A stretch of DNA of 64,000 bases, taken from positions 31,620,001-31,684,000 of the forward strand of contig OX597840.1 in assembly GCA_951406725.2 (NCBI GenBank). The letters run 5' to 3'. This stretch comes from Octopus vulgaris (taxonomy: Eukaryota). Positions 1 to 12,972 of the stretch are shown here, in pieces. The notes under the pieces were generated by a model, which had not been told where the DNA came from, did not search any database, and was given only the letters and a program-made list of their open reading frames with translations. Positions within the stretch are counted from its first letter, which is position 1; every line of letters begins with the position of its first letter. Made by a program: the position numbers and the translations under genes.

Positions 1-385
1 GCTGTTTGGTAAGTAGCTTGCTAACCAACCACATGGTTCCGGGTTCAGTCCCACTGCGTGGCATCTTGGGCAAGTGTCTTCTGCTATAGCCCCGGGCCGA
101 CCAATGCCTTGTGAGTGGATTTGGTAGACGGAAACTGAAAGAAGCCTGTCGTATATATGTATATATATATATATGTATGTGTGTTTGTGTGTCTGTGTTT
201 GTTCCCCTAGCATTGCTTGACAACTGATGCTGGTGTGTTTACGTCCCTGTCACCTAGCGGTTCGGCAAAAGAGAGACCGATAGAATAAGTACTGGGCTTA
301 CAAAGAATAAGTCCCGGGGTCGATTTGCTCGACTAAAGGCGGTGCTCCAGCATGGCCGCAGTCAAATGACTGAAATAAGTAAAAA
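1..385 (+). mobile_element. SINE family A (tRNA-derived head, internal (TA)n(TG)n tract, GTAAAAGA-type tail), 5' end cut by window
   Basis: B-box-like GGTTCAGTCCC; CTTGGGCAAGTGTCTT CORE-like segment; near-identical to copies at 19682, 27110, 54700, 56207. Confidence 0.9.
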
Positions 386-668
386 CATACCTATCTTATC
401 TTCATCATCTCCTTTCAACGCTAAGATCAGTGCTTTCATTGATCGCTAGAAGTAATAAACACATTTGACCTCTTATGAACCCAATTACAAACCATGAGTC
501 AGGTTTAAGTGTTTGTTCTTTCATGTCAATATGACCCCAAAGATGAGGTAGCTATGCTGCTGTGGACCTCGACAATCATTCCTCGTTTAGCAGTTTGTAC
601 AAAAGCGTTCCGATTACGACCATCTCGTCCTATTGAAATCTGTCGTATATCTAAGATTATAGTATATA

Positions 669-877
669 TACTCTCTTTACTCCCTTTTACTTGTTTCAGT
701 CGTTTGACTGTGGCCATGCTGGAGCACCACCTTTAGTCGAGCAAATCAACCCCAGGACTTATTCTTTGTAAGCCTAGTATTTATTCTATTGGGCTCTTTT
801 GCTAATCTGCTAAGTTACGGGGACGTAAACACACCAGCATCAGTTGTCAAGCGATGTTGGGGGGCCAAAGACAGACC

Positions 878-938
<61 letters not shown>

Positions 939-1137
939 ACACACACACACACACATACATATATATATACATATATACGACGGGCTTCTTTCAGTTTCCG
1001 TCTACCAAATCCACTCACAAGGCTTTGGTCGGCCCGAGGCTATAGTAGAAGACACTTGCCCAAGGTGTCACGCAGTGGGACTGAACCCGGAACCATGTGG
1101 TTGGTAAGCAACCTACTTACCACACAGCCACTCCTAC
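669..1137 (-). mobile_element. SINE family A, full length
   Basis: Reverse complement of family A with expanded internal (CA)n/(TA)n. Confidence 0.9.
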
Positions 1138-1159
1138 ATCTTTTATCGATTATTTTTTT

Positions 1160-1340
1160 AGTTGTTTCTATCATTAGACAGCGGCCATGCTGTGGCACCC
1201 GCTTGAAGAAATTTAGTCGAATGAATCGGCCACAGTACTTATTTTCTTTTTAAGCCTGATGTAATATTCTATTGGCCTTCTTGCCAAACTGCTAAGTAAC
1301 GGGACGTAAACACCCAAACACCGGTTGTCAAGCGGTGTAC
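1160..1340 (-). mobile_element. Diverged SINE A 3' half
   Basis: GCGGCCATGCTG...GCTAAGTAACGGGACGTAAAC...GGTTGTCAAGCG similarity to family A. Confidence 0.65.
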
Positions 1341-1662
1341 ACTTGGTTCAATATTTACCTCTTGTTCTGGTCTAACAGCCCTCCATCTTTGTTTTCGTTC
1401 AGTTTCCTTCTATGTACCCACTGTCCTGTTTTTGTTTCCAAACTTGACCTTCCATAAATCCTAAAACTTCATTTTAGAATTTATAGGAGCAACTGCCTTT
1501 GAAGACTCATATCATTGTCGTTGAATGCTCGAAATGAGGAGTAGATAGACAGCCGACAACTGATGAAGGGTCCTTTCTTTGTATTTATTCGTCCTCTTTT
1601 TTATTCTTTTCTTGTTGCTTACGTATTTCAAAGTTATTTGCAAGGTTGGTGATATTCTGTAC

Positions 1663-1699
<37 letters not shown>

Positions 1700-1717
1700 A
1701 AATGCCATCCACACTCA

Positions 1718-1766
<49 letters not shown>

Positions 1767-2133
1767 CAAATGCCATCCACACTCATGCATGCGTACACGC
1801 GCATGCACACGCGCACGCGCGCGCGCACATACACGCACACGCAACACCACGACAACCACACACACTTGACAAACAGACGCCATCTGACCAAATACTACAG
1901 ACACACAGACACATCTATTCACACCACATGTATGTGTATGCACGCACACATACACGCAGAGAGACACACATATTCACCTCATCCTAACCCCAAAATCATT
2001 GATGCTTGAAGGAAAGCCAAAAAAAAGAAAAAAACGGGTACATCTTTTTCAATTCTACATTTCTGCTAAAACGGACAGGTCAGTAAACAAGCTCGCCTTG
2101 AATTCATAATATTCTGTACTGACCCTGAGATGT

Positions 2134-2422
2134 ATAATATATTTGTTTTAATCTTTTCTGCCCATTTTTTCAAATATTCTCTCCATACTGTTGTACTTTC
2201 TTATGTCCTTAACATGTCCCTGTTACCAAAGACTGTACATATACATGTAATGTGGCAATTTGCAACAACCAATAATTAACGCAACCAAACTTCCAATAAT
2301 ATATTTGTTTTATTCTTTTCTGCCCATTTTTTCAAATATTCTCATCACACTGTTGTACTTCTTTATGTCCTTAACAAGTCCCTGTTACCAAAGACTGTAT
2401 ATATACATGTAATGTGGCAATT
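2134..2422. repeat. Direct duplication of about 125 bp (2134-2260 and 2296-2422)
   Basis: ATAATATATTTGTTTTA...CATGTAATGTGGCAATT occurs twice. Confidence 0.85.
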
Positions 2423-2454
2423 ATGTAAAAATTTTTTTGAATTCATAATATTCT

Positions 2455-2540
2455 ATGTTACTTTTGACAATCTTTTTCCAAAGAGTAAAACCGGTTAAGT
2501 AAATAAACATCTTTTAAATTGCATTTTCAAACCTTCTTTC

Positions 2541-2545
<5 letters not shown>
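2455..2545 (+). mobile_element. Unclassified dispersed repeat end abutting (TA)n; inverted copy at about 31408-31500
   Basis: TTACTTTTGACAATCTTTTT...GCATTTTCAAACCTTCTTTCG is the reverse complement of the 31408-31500 segment. Confidence 0.7.
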
Positions 2546-2596
<51 letters not shown>

Positions 2597-2632
2597 TTTA
2601 CAATTTAATTGAACGCGACGCATCCATTTTCT

Positions 2633-2774
2633 GTAAGTAGCTTGCTTCCCGACCACATGGTTCCGGGTTCAGTCCCACTGCCTGGCACCTTGGGCAAGTG
2701 TCTTCTGCTATAGTCTCGGGCCGATTAAAGCCTTGTGAGTGGATTTGGTAGATGGAAACTGAGAGAAGGCCGTC

Positions 2775-2780
<6 letters not shown>
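2633..2780 (+). mobile_element. SINE A 5' half
   Basis: GTAAGTAGCTTGC...GGTTCAGTCCC...GGAAACTGA. Confidence 0.85.
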
Positions 2781-2814
<34 letters not shown>

Positions 2815-2816
<2 letters not shown>

Positions 2817-3137
2817 TAGAAATATTGAATTTCTAAATGTATCAGAGATACATGAGCGGTGGTGGAGCGATATAGTGGTTGTATACTGTCAACTCAACGT
2901 GACAGTCCCGTAAGGATATTACACCTACGCCATTTAGCCCTTTGACACATTTTCTGTGTCCTTACATTTGCAAAGGGGGGGAGGGCAATCAACCCCGCCA
3001 GCTGGGACTAGCACCTGAAGACATATGTTTCTGAGTGCATTCAGAAACATATGTCTTCAGGTGCTTAGGGCTAAACGGCGGCGGTGTAATTCCCTTAGGG
3101 GACTGTCACGTTGAGTTGAGAGTATACAACCACTATA
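2815..3137 (-). mobile_element. Fold-back element, copy 1 (probably Penelope-like pseudo-LTR derivative)
   Basis: Inverted arms about 2871-2941 and 3067-3137; inner hairpin 3010-3065; one-sided tail 2815-2870 homologous to tails at 51916-51972 and 55776-55829. Confidence 0.75.
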
Positions 3138-3173
3138 TATATGAATGTATTTATATATATATATATATATATA

Positions 3174-3379
3174 TACTCTTTTACTCTTTTACTTGTTTCA
3201 GTCATTTGATAGCGGCCATGCTGGAGCACCGCCTTTAATCAAGCAACTCGACCCCGGGACTTATTCTTTGTAAGCCCAGTACTTATTCTATCGGTCTCTT
3301 ATGCCGAACCGCTAAGTAAACACACCAGCATCGGTTGTCAAGCAATGCTAGGGGGACAAACACAGACACACAAACACAT

Positions 3380-3425
<46 letters not shown>

Positions 3426-3586
3426 CTATACGACAGGCTTCTTTCAGTTTCCGTCTACCAAATCCACTCACAAGGCATTGGTCGGCCCGGGGCTATAGCA
3501 GAAGACACTTACCCAAGATGCCACGCAGTGGGACTCAACCCGGAACCATGTGGTTGGTTAGCAAGCTACTTACCACACAGCTACTC

Positions 3587-3587
<1 letters not shown>
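3174..3587 (-). mobile_element. SINE family A, near full length
   Basis: Reverse complement of family A. Confidence 0.9.
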
Positions 3588-3672
<85 letters not shown>

Positions 3673-3674
3673 AT

Positions 3675-4129
3675 ATTAGGGAATAAATCCAAATTTACAA
3701 GGAAAAATCAGATTTAGGATTGAATCCAATTTTATAGTAAAATATTATATAATATTAATTAGAGACAAAACCACTATTATGCAAATCAAACAAAGAAAGA
3801 CTTAATCCAATACATAAAAAATTTTATATAAATTAAATAAAATTAAGTTATCCACTACAATTGTTTCTTGTCACTTCTAAGGACATTCATCAGGTGGTTT
3901 TCAGACCTAAAAATAATCAATATTTTTAAGATATATATTTGAAATGACTAAAAAATATAAATAATATAAATTTATCAATGAAAAAAAATATATATAATCT
4001 ATATATAATCTATATATAATCAAGAACTAAAATAACCTCTATAAACAATTGAATATAATGAAACCTATTATTTAAGTTCTCATATTTAAAGATGAAATAT
4101 CTAATTTCAAAAAACAAAACAAAAAAAAA

Positions 4130-4187
<58 letters not shown>

Positions 4188-4620
4188 GATCAATAAATGG
4201 TGGGGTTGTGTTGACCGCACGTGGAGAAATGATAAGTAAGGAAAAATTTTTTTTAAATGCAGAATGCTCAAATGAAAGAAAATTTTAATAAAATGAGAAA
4301 TTGATAAAATATATAAATATATATTTATTGAACCGGTTTTCGTCATTATATGACTTGTCAAGAATATTTATGTTTTAAAAAGTTTTTTTTTTTAAATTAG
4401 AAAGGGGAAAAAAAGAAAATTGCATTGTTTTTTGTAAAAGAATAATGATAAAAATGTACAAAAATTAAAAAATAAGTTCTCCGATACATTGTGAGTTCGT
4501 TGTGTATCTTGAGTTTTATGGTTGTTTACGAAAAAATTACCTTGAGGTGTTAAGATCCAAAGGGATTAAGAGCATGTGTTGTGTTGTTAAATTCAGCATG
4601 TTTGCAGGACAGGAAGTAGT
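3675..4620 (-). mobile_element. Penelope-like element 3' remnant
   Basis: Minus strand about 4545-4580 encodes HALNPFG/LN with a frameshift, resembling the C-terminal TLxPxGLN motif of PLE GIY-YIG endonucleases; AT-rich 3' region and hammerhead follow on the same strand. Confidence 0.45.
3852..3897 (-). ncRNA. Minimal type I hammerhead ribozyme motif (PLE type)
   Basis: Minus strand reads CCAC-CTGATGA-aTGTC(cttagaagt)GACAa-GAAA-C-AATT-G-TA-GTGG: helix I CCAC/GTGG, both core boxes, palindromic helix III loop, GUA site. Confidence 0.7.
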
Positions 4621-4830
4621 AGTAATTGTGGTCCTGGTTCTTCAGTTCCTGTGTTGTGAGTAAGGGGAGACAACTCTTTTGAGTTCTTCAATAAAACCCA
4701 AATTATAAAATTATCATTTCAGCTTCATTTGCGTTATCTTTTTTATATAATTGCTTGTTAACTTAACTTTCAGATTTTAACACTTTATTTATATTATTTT
4801 CTAATTATATAAATCTGCATAGACAATTGC

Positions 4831-4980
<150 letters not shown>

Positions 4981-5732
4981 TACGTATGCGTGTGTATTTG
5001 TATTTGATCTCTGATAAGTGATTTGGTTTGTTCATACCCACCGTAACTTAGGAGTTGGGCAGAAATGACCGGTAAGGTACCAGACTTTTAGAAAGAACAA
5101 ATATAGAAGTATAGAGACGTCTATTCCCTTCACTAAACCCTTCGAGGCGGTTGCTTCACCATGGCCGTAGTTGAGTGACGAAAACAAGTAGAAGCTTAAA
5201 GATAAAAGATTAAAGAAAGAAGATATTGTCTGGGAGAAATTTAGTCATCATTCCTAGCAAGCTTAGTGGCTGCGTGCATAGATTTTGGCTCGAGGTGGGA
5301 TTCTGTGTGGTGACATCGTTGTCTTCATACTGTCCCCTTTGTTTCTCTCTCCCTCTTGAAAATGAGAAAGGATGATTAAGGGGAAAGATATTTCTCGTAC
5401 AAGGGAGCAACGTAGTAAACAATGTCGGTTTTATTTTAAGTCTGAAATAGAAATGACACTAATTACTATGTAAGCGACACCATTTTGTTTTTCTGTGTCT
5501 TTTTTTTTTTTCTTTTTTTTTTTTTTCGAAAAGGGACAAATTTTAAATTTTCGAATTAACAGATTATCCAGGGTGTGTAATACTGCCTCGCATTATTCGT
5601 TCTATATGTCCGCAATCTGAGTTCAAATGCCACCGAAATGAACTTTACGGTGGCCTTTTCGGTGGTCGACAAAAGTATGTACCGATCCAAGAGTCCTGTG
5701 TTTGTCCCCTACCACCGCTTCTCAACCGGTAT

Positions 5733-5958
5733 GAGCTAGCAGAATCGTTAGCACGTCGGGCGAAATGCTTAGCGGTATTTCGTCTGCCGTTACGTTCTGA
5801 GTTCAAATTCCGCCGAGGTCGACTTTGCCTTTCATCCTTTCGGGGTCGATAAATTAAGTACCAGTTAAGTACTGGGGTCGATATAATCGACTTAATACCT
5901 ATGTCTGTCCATGTTTGTCCCCTCTATGTTCAGCCCCTTGTGGGTAATAAAGAAATAG
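5733..5958 (+). mobile_element. SINE family B monomer, inserted in an old SINE A fragment
   Basis: A-box-like (T)AGCAGAATCGTTAG, B-box GAGTTCAAATTCC, central GGTCGACTTTGCCTTTCATCCTTTCGGGGTCGAT domain. Confidence 0.9.
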
Positions 5959-6339
5959 GTATAGATATGTTTACGCCCCCCCCCCTAACATAGTGCTTTG
6001 GCAAAAGGGGACGGTGGAATAAGTACCAACTTTAAAAATTGTATCGGGTTTGACTCAATCGATTCGAAATTCTTCAAGACGACGCCCCAAGATGGCGGCA
6101 GCCTAATAATTGAAACAATATATATATATTCTTTTCTTTTATTCTTTTTGTTTCAGTAAATTTGACTGCGGCCATGCTAGAGCACCGCCTTTAGTCGAAC
6201 AAATCGGCCTCAGGACTTACTCTTTGTAAGCCTATTATTTATTCTATCGGTTTTTGATAAACTTTAAAATTAGTTTAGAAAATACACTTCACTACTACTA
6301 CTACTACTACTACCCCCTACCACCACTACTACTACTTAT

Positions 6340-6584
6340 TCTCTCTATATATGTGTGTGTGTGTATATGTATATGTATGTACGTATGTATGTATGTGTAT
6401 ATATACATATATATATATATATACATACATACATACATACCTATATATATATATATATGTACATGTATATGTATATGTATATATGTATATATATACATAC
6501 ATACATACATATATATATTTATATACATATATATATATATATACACATATACATACATACATATATATATATGTATATGTATAT

Positions 6585-6623
<39 letters not shown>

Positions 6624-6670
6624 CAACACACACACACGCACATATATATATATTTATATACATACATTTC
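6340..6670. repeat. Mixed (TA)/(CA)/(TATG) microsatellite
   Basis: Direct reading. Confidence 0.95.
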
Positions 6671-6692
6671 TTCACAGTTTCTGTCTGCTAGT

Positions 6693-7076
6693 TGGAAGCA
6701 CTCCGTCGGTTACGACGACGAGGGTTCCGGTTGATCCGAATCAACGAAATGGCCTGCTCGTGAAATTAACGTGTAAGTGGCTGAGCACTCCACAGACACG
6801 TGTACCCTTAACGTTGTTCTCGGGGATATTCAGCGTGACACAGAGAGTGACAAGGCCGGCCACTTGAAATACAGGTACAACAGAAACAGGAAGTAATAGT
6901 GAGAGAAAGTTGTGGTGAAAGAGTACAGCAGGGATCACCACCATCCCCTGCCGGAGCTTCGTGGAGCTTTATGTGTTTTCGCTCAATAAACACTCACAAC
7001 GCCCGGTCTGGGAATCGAAACCGCGATCCTATGACCGCGAGTCCGCTGCCCTAACCACTGGGCCATTGCGCCTCCA
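6693..7076 (-). mobile_element. SINE family C (tRNA-Arg-like head), full length, nested in old SINE A
   Basis: Head TGGCCCAGTGGTTAGGGCAGCGGACTCGCGGTC...GGTTTCGATTCCC (TCG at the anticodon-like position); 12-bp TSD CTGTCTGCTAGT at 6681-6692 and 7077-7088. Confidence 0.92.
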
Positions 7077-7446
7077 CTGTCTGCTAGTATCACTCTCAAG
7101 GAATTGATTGGTTCAGGACTATAGAAGACACTTGCCGAAGGTGTGAGGCAGTGGGACTAAATTGAACACGAAACCTCGTGGGTGCAACGCAAACTTGTTA
7201 ACCACACAGCCACGTCTGCTCTTGCAGGCTTGTTTTTGCTATTCTTCTTTTTAACTGGAGGTTGGGTGTGTGGGTGTCATGGACAAACTCTATAAAATGG
7301 CCCCACATTCTCCTTGTTTTCCTCCCAAAAGACATCTATCTTCATCAGGAGTGTCAAACGTCACCCGAATAAACCTCTGCATTGGAATAATTTAGCCAAA
7401 ATTCTTGTGAAACGTACACCGTGACATTCATTAAATATCAGTTTAG

Positions 7447-7534
7447 ATTATAGTAGTAGTATTAGCAGTAGTAGTAGTATTAGTAGTAGTATTAGTAGTA
7501 GTAGTAGTATTAGTAGTAGTAGTAGTAGTAGAAT

Positions 7535-7566
<32 letters not shown>

Positions 7567-7726
7567 GTAGTATTAGTATTAGTAGTATTAGTAGTAGTAT
7601 TAGTATTAGTAGTAGTAGTATTAGTATTAGTAGTAGTATTAGTAGTAGTAGTATTAGTAGTAGTAGTATTAGTATTAGTAGTAGTAGTAGTAGGAGTCGT
7701 ATTAGTAGTAGTATTAGTAGTAGTAT

Positions 7727-7767
<41 letters not shown>

Positions 7768-8694
7768 GTAGTAGTAGTATTAGTATTAGTATTAGTAGTT
7801 GTAGTAGTATTAGTATTAGTATTAATAGTAGTAGTAGTCGTAGTAGTAGTAGTAGCAGTAGTAGTAGTAGTAGTGGTAGTAGTAGTTGTTGTAATGATTT
7901 TGCTGGTGGGGATATGGTGGTGGTGGTGGTGGTGGTAGCATTTAGTGCAGTGGTGGCTGTTGGAGGGGGAGTTTGTGTTATTTATTGTAGTAGTGGTGCT
8001 GGTGGGACACGGGAATGGCAATGGTGCCGGTGGTAGCAGTTTAGATTTTGCAGTGATGTGTGTAGCGGTTGCAGTAATAGTAGTAGGAGTAGTAGCAGTA
8101 GTAGTTGCGCTAGTGATGGTGGTAGTGTATTAGTAGCAATTGAAGCGGTATTGGTGGCGATGGTGGTAATAACGCAACAGCAACACAAGCAGCAGTAGCA
8201 GAAGTAGTAGTAGTTATGGAAGTAGTAGTAGTAGTATTAGTAGTAGTAGTAGTAGTATTAGTAGTAGAAGTGGTAGTAATAATAGAAGAAGCAGTAGCAG
8301 CTTCAACGGCAGCAACAGCAGCGACGGCAACGATAGCAGCAGCAGCAGTACTAGCAGTATTAGTATTAGCAGCAGCAACAGTAGTAGCAGCAGCAGCAGC
8401 AACAGCAGCAGAAGTGGTAGTAATAATAGTAGAAGCAGTAGAAGTTATGGCAGCAACAGCAGCGACGGCAACGACAGCAGCAGTAGCAGTAGCAGCAGCA
8501 GCACCAGCATTAGTAGCAGTAATAGCAGCAGCAGCATTAGCAGCAGCAATAGCAGCAGCAGCAGCAGCAGCAATAGTAGTAGCAGCGGTAGCAATAACAG
8601 CAGCAAGCAGCAGCAGCCATGGCAGCAACAGCAGCGACGGCAACGACAGTAGTAGTAGTAGTAGTATTAGCAGTATTAGTACCAGCAGCAGCAA

Positions 8695-8726
<32 letters not shown>

Positions 8727-8887
8727 GAAGTGGTAGCAACAATAGTAGAAGCAGTAGAAGTTATGGCAGCAATAGTAGTGACGGCAACGACAGCAGTAGT
8801 AGTAGTAGTAGTAGTAGTAGTAGCAGTGACAGCAACAACAGTAGAAGCAGTAGAAGTTATGGTAGTAATAGTAGTGATGGTAATGAC

Positions 8888-8932
<45 letters not shown>

Positions 8933-8999
8933 AAGAAGTGATAGTAATAATAGTAGAAGCAGTAGAAGTTATGGTAGTAATAGTAGTGATGGCAACTGA

Positions 9000-9044
<45 letters not shown>

Positions 9045-9107
9045 AAGTGATAGTAATAATAGTAGAAGCAGTAGAAGTTATGGTAGTAATAGTAGTGATG
9101 GTAATGA

Positions 9108-9152
<45 letters not shown>

Positions 9153-9221
9153 CAACAGCTCTGATAGTAATAATAGTAGAAGCAGTAGAAGTTATGGTAG
9201 TAATAGTAGTGATGGTAATGA

Positions 9222-9254
<33 letters not shown>

Positions 9255-9322
9255 AAGTGATAGTAATAATAGTTAGAAGCAGTAGAAGTTATGGTAGTAA
9301 TAGTAGTGATGGTAATGATAGT

Positions 9323-9369
<47 letters not shown>

Positions 9370-9729
9370 TAGAAGTGATAGTAATAATAGTAGAAGCAGT
9401 AGAAGTTATGGTAGTAATAGCAGCGACGGCAACGACAGCAGCAGCAGCAGCAGTAGCAGCAGCAGCAAGTGATAGTAATAATAGTAGAAGCAGTAGAAGT
9501 TATGGCAGCAATAGCTAGTGACGGCAACGATAGCAGCAGTAGCAGCAGTAGCAGCAGTAGTAGAAGTGATAGCAATAATAGCAGAAGCAGTAGAAGTTAT
9601 GGCAGTAATAGCAGTGACGGTAATGATAGTAGTAGTAGTAGTAGTAGTAGTAGTAGCAGCAGTGACAGTAACAACAGCAGAAGCAGTAGAAGTTATGGTA
9701 GTAACAGCAGTGACGGCAACGACAGCAGC

Positions 9730-9777
<48 letters not shown>

Positions 9778-9840
9778 AGTGATAGCAACAACAGCAGCAG
9801 CAGTAGCAGTTATGGCAGCAACAGCAGCGACGGCAACGAT

Positions 9841-9881
<41 letters not shown>

Positions 9882-10138
9882 GTGATAGCAACAACAGCAG
9901 CAAGCAGCAGCAAGTTATGGTAGCAATAGCTAGTGACGGCAATGATAGCAGTAGTAGTAGTAGTAGTAGCAGCAGCAGCAGTGATAGTAATAACAGTAGA
10001 AGCAGTAGAAGTTATGGCAGCAATAGTAGTGACGGCAACGACAGCAGTAGTAGTAGTAGTAGTAGTAGTAGTAGAAGTGACAGTAACAATAGCAGAAGCA
10101 GTAGAAGTTATGGTAGCAACAGCAGTGATGGCAATGAT

Positions 10139-10173
<35 letters not shown>

Positions 10174-10243
10174 TGATAGCAATAATAGCAGAAGCAGTAG
10201 AAGTTATGGTAGTAATAGTAGTGACGGCAACGATAGCAGCAGC

Positions 10244-10277
<34 letters not shown>

Positions 10278-10350
10278 GTAGTAGAAGAAGTGATAGTAAT
10301 AATAGTAGAAGCAGTAGAAGTTATGGTAGTAATAGTAGTGATGGTAATGA

Positions 10351-10398
<48 letters not shown>

Positions 10399-10566
10399 AA
10401 GAAGTGATAGCAATAATAGCAGAAGCAGTAGAAGTTATGGTAGTAATAGTAGTGATGGTAATGATAGTAGCAGCAGCAGCAGTAGTAGCAGCAGTAGTAG
10501 TAGAAGTGATAGCAACAACAGCAGAAGCAGTAGAAGTTATGGTAGTAATAGTAGTGATGGCAATGA

Positions 10567-10614
<48 letters not shown>

Positions 10615-10913
10615 AAGAAGTGACAGCAATAATAGCAGAAGCAGTAGAAGTTATGGTAGCAATAGCAGTGATGGCAATGATAGCAGCAGTAGTAGCAGCA
10701 GCAGCAGCAGCAGCAGCAGTAGCAGCAGTAGAAGAAGTGATAGTAATAATAGTAGAAGCAGTAGAAGTTATGGTAGTAATAGTAGTGATGGTAATGATAG
10801 TAGCAGCAGCAGCAGCAGTAGCAGCAGCAGCAGTAGCAGCAGTAGTAGAAGAAGTGATAGTAATAATAGTAGAAGCAGTAGAAGTTATGGTAGTAATAGT
10901 AGTGATGGCAATG

Positions 10914-10965
<52 letters not shown>

Positions 10966-11029
10966 GAAGTGATAGTAATAATAGCAGAAGCAGTAGAAGT
11001 TATGGCAGTAATAGTAGTGATGGTAATGA

Positions 11030-11068
<39 letters not shown>

Positions 11069-11131
11069 AAGTGATAGTAATAATAGTAGAAGCAGTAGAA
11101 GTTATGGTAGTAATAGTAGTGATGGTAATGA

Positions 11132-11164
<33 letters not shown>

Positions 11165-11227
11165 AAGTGATAGTAATAATAGTAGAAGCAGTAGAAGTTA
11201 TGGTAGTAATAGTAGTGATGGTAACGA

Positions 11228-11266
<39 letters not shown>

Positions 11267-11328
11267 AAGTGATAGTAATAATAGTAGAAGCAGTGAAGTT
11301 ATGGTAGTAATAGTAGTGATGGTAATGA

Positions 11329-11361
<33 letters not shown>

Positions 11362-11426
11362 AAGTGATAGTAATAATAGTAGAAGCAGTAGAAGTTATGG
11401 TAGTAATAGTAGTGATAGGTAATGAC

Positions 11427-11473
<47 letters not shown>

Positions 11474-11543
11474 CTAGAAGAAGTGATAGTAATAATAGTA
11501 GAAGCAGTAGAAGTTATGGTAGTAATAGTAGTGATGGTAATGA

Positions 11544-11582
<39 letters not shown>

Positions 11583-11972
11583 AAGTGATAGTAACAACAG
11601 CAGAAGCAGTAGCAGTTATGGCAGCAACAGCAGCGATGGCAATGATAGCAGTAGCAGCAGCAGCAGTAGTAGTAGTAGTAGTAGTAGTAGTAGAAGAAGT
11701 GATAGTAATAATAGTAGAAGCAGCAGAAGCCATGGCAGTAATAGTAGTGATGGTAATGACAGCAGCAGCAGCAGCAGCAGTAGCAGCAGTAGTAGTAGAA
11801 GTGATAGTAATAATAGTAGCAGCAGCTAGAAGTTATGGCAGCAATAGTAGTGATGGTAATGATAGCAGCAGCAGCAGCAGCAGTAGCAGTAGTAGCAGTG
11901 ATAGTAACAATAGCAGAAGCAGTAGGCAGCTATGGTAGTAATAGTAGTGATGGTAATGATAGCAGCAGCAGC

Positions 11973-12006
<34 letters not shown>

Positions 12007-12172
12007 GTAGAAGAAGTGATAGCAATAATAGTAGAAGCAGCAGCAGCTATGGCAGCAACAGCAGTGATGGTAATGATAGCAGCAGCAGCAGCAGCAGCAG
12101 TAGTAGCAGCAAGTGATAGCAATAATAGCAGAAGCAGTAGAAGTTATGGCAGCAACAGTAGTGACGGCAACG

Positions 12173-12218
<46 letters not shown>

Positions 12219-12295
12219 CAGCAACAAGCGATAGCAACAACAGCAGAAGCAGTAGAAGTTATGGCAGCAACAGCAGTGATGGCAACGATAGCAGT

Positions 12296-12330
<35 letters not shown>

Positions 12331-12391
12331 GTGATAGTAATAATAGTAGAAGCAGTAGAAGTTATGGTAGTAATAGTAGTGATGGTAATGA

Positions 12392-12430
<39 letters not shown>

Positions 12431-12493
12431 AAGTGATAGTAATAATAGTAGAAGCAGTAGAAGTTATGGTAGTAATAGTAGTGATGGTAATGA

Positions 12494-12538
<45 letters not shown>

Positions 12539-12601
12539 AAGTGATAGTAATAATAGTAGAAGCAGTAGAAGTTATGGTAGTAATAGTAGTGATGGTAATG
12601 A

Positions 12602-12637
<36 letters not shown>

Positions 12638-12700
12638 AAGTGATAGTAATAATAGTAGAAGCAGTAGAAGTTATGGTAGTAATAGTAGTGATGGTAATGA

Positions 12701-12739
<39 letters not shown>

Positions 12740-12802
12740 AAGTGATAGTAATAATAGTAGAAGCAGTAGAAGTTATGGTAGTAATAGTAGTGATGGTAAT
12801 GA

Positions 12803-12856
<54 letters not shown>

Positions 12857-12922
12857 AAGAAGTGATAGTAATAATAGTAGAAGCAGTAGAAGTTATGGTA
12901 GTAATAGTAGTGATGGTAATGA

Positions 12923-12960
<38 letters not shown>

Positions 12961-12972
12961 ATAGTAGTAGTA
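7447..12972. repeat. (AGT)n/(AGC)n-derived array: simple repeat grading into an about 100-115 bp minisatellite (roughly 40+ units)
   Basis: Unit AGAAGTGATAGTAATAATAGTAGAAGCAGTAGAAGTTATGGTAGTAATAGTAGTGATGGTAATGAT(AGT)n repeated from about 8265 to 12970. Confidence 0.95.

Noticed and set aside
1490-1575. CTGATGA/CTGAAGA motifs here and at about 52520 and 55200 as hammerheads
   Set aside because: No correctly placed GAAA-NUH-helix I; too degenerate to call
5210-5460. Possible minus-strand exon after a TTTCTATTTCAG acceptor (70-aa ORF)
   Set aside because: No recognisable protein similarity or partner exon; unsupported without RNA-seq
7443-8890. Thr-, Ala- and Val-rich mucin- or antifreeze-like ORFs
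   Set aside because: Alternative frames of the (AGT)/(AGC) array, with no convincing signal peptide or splice context
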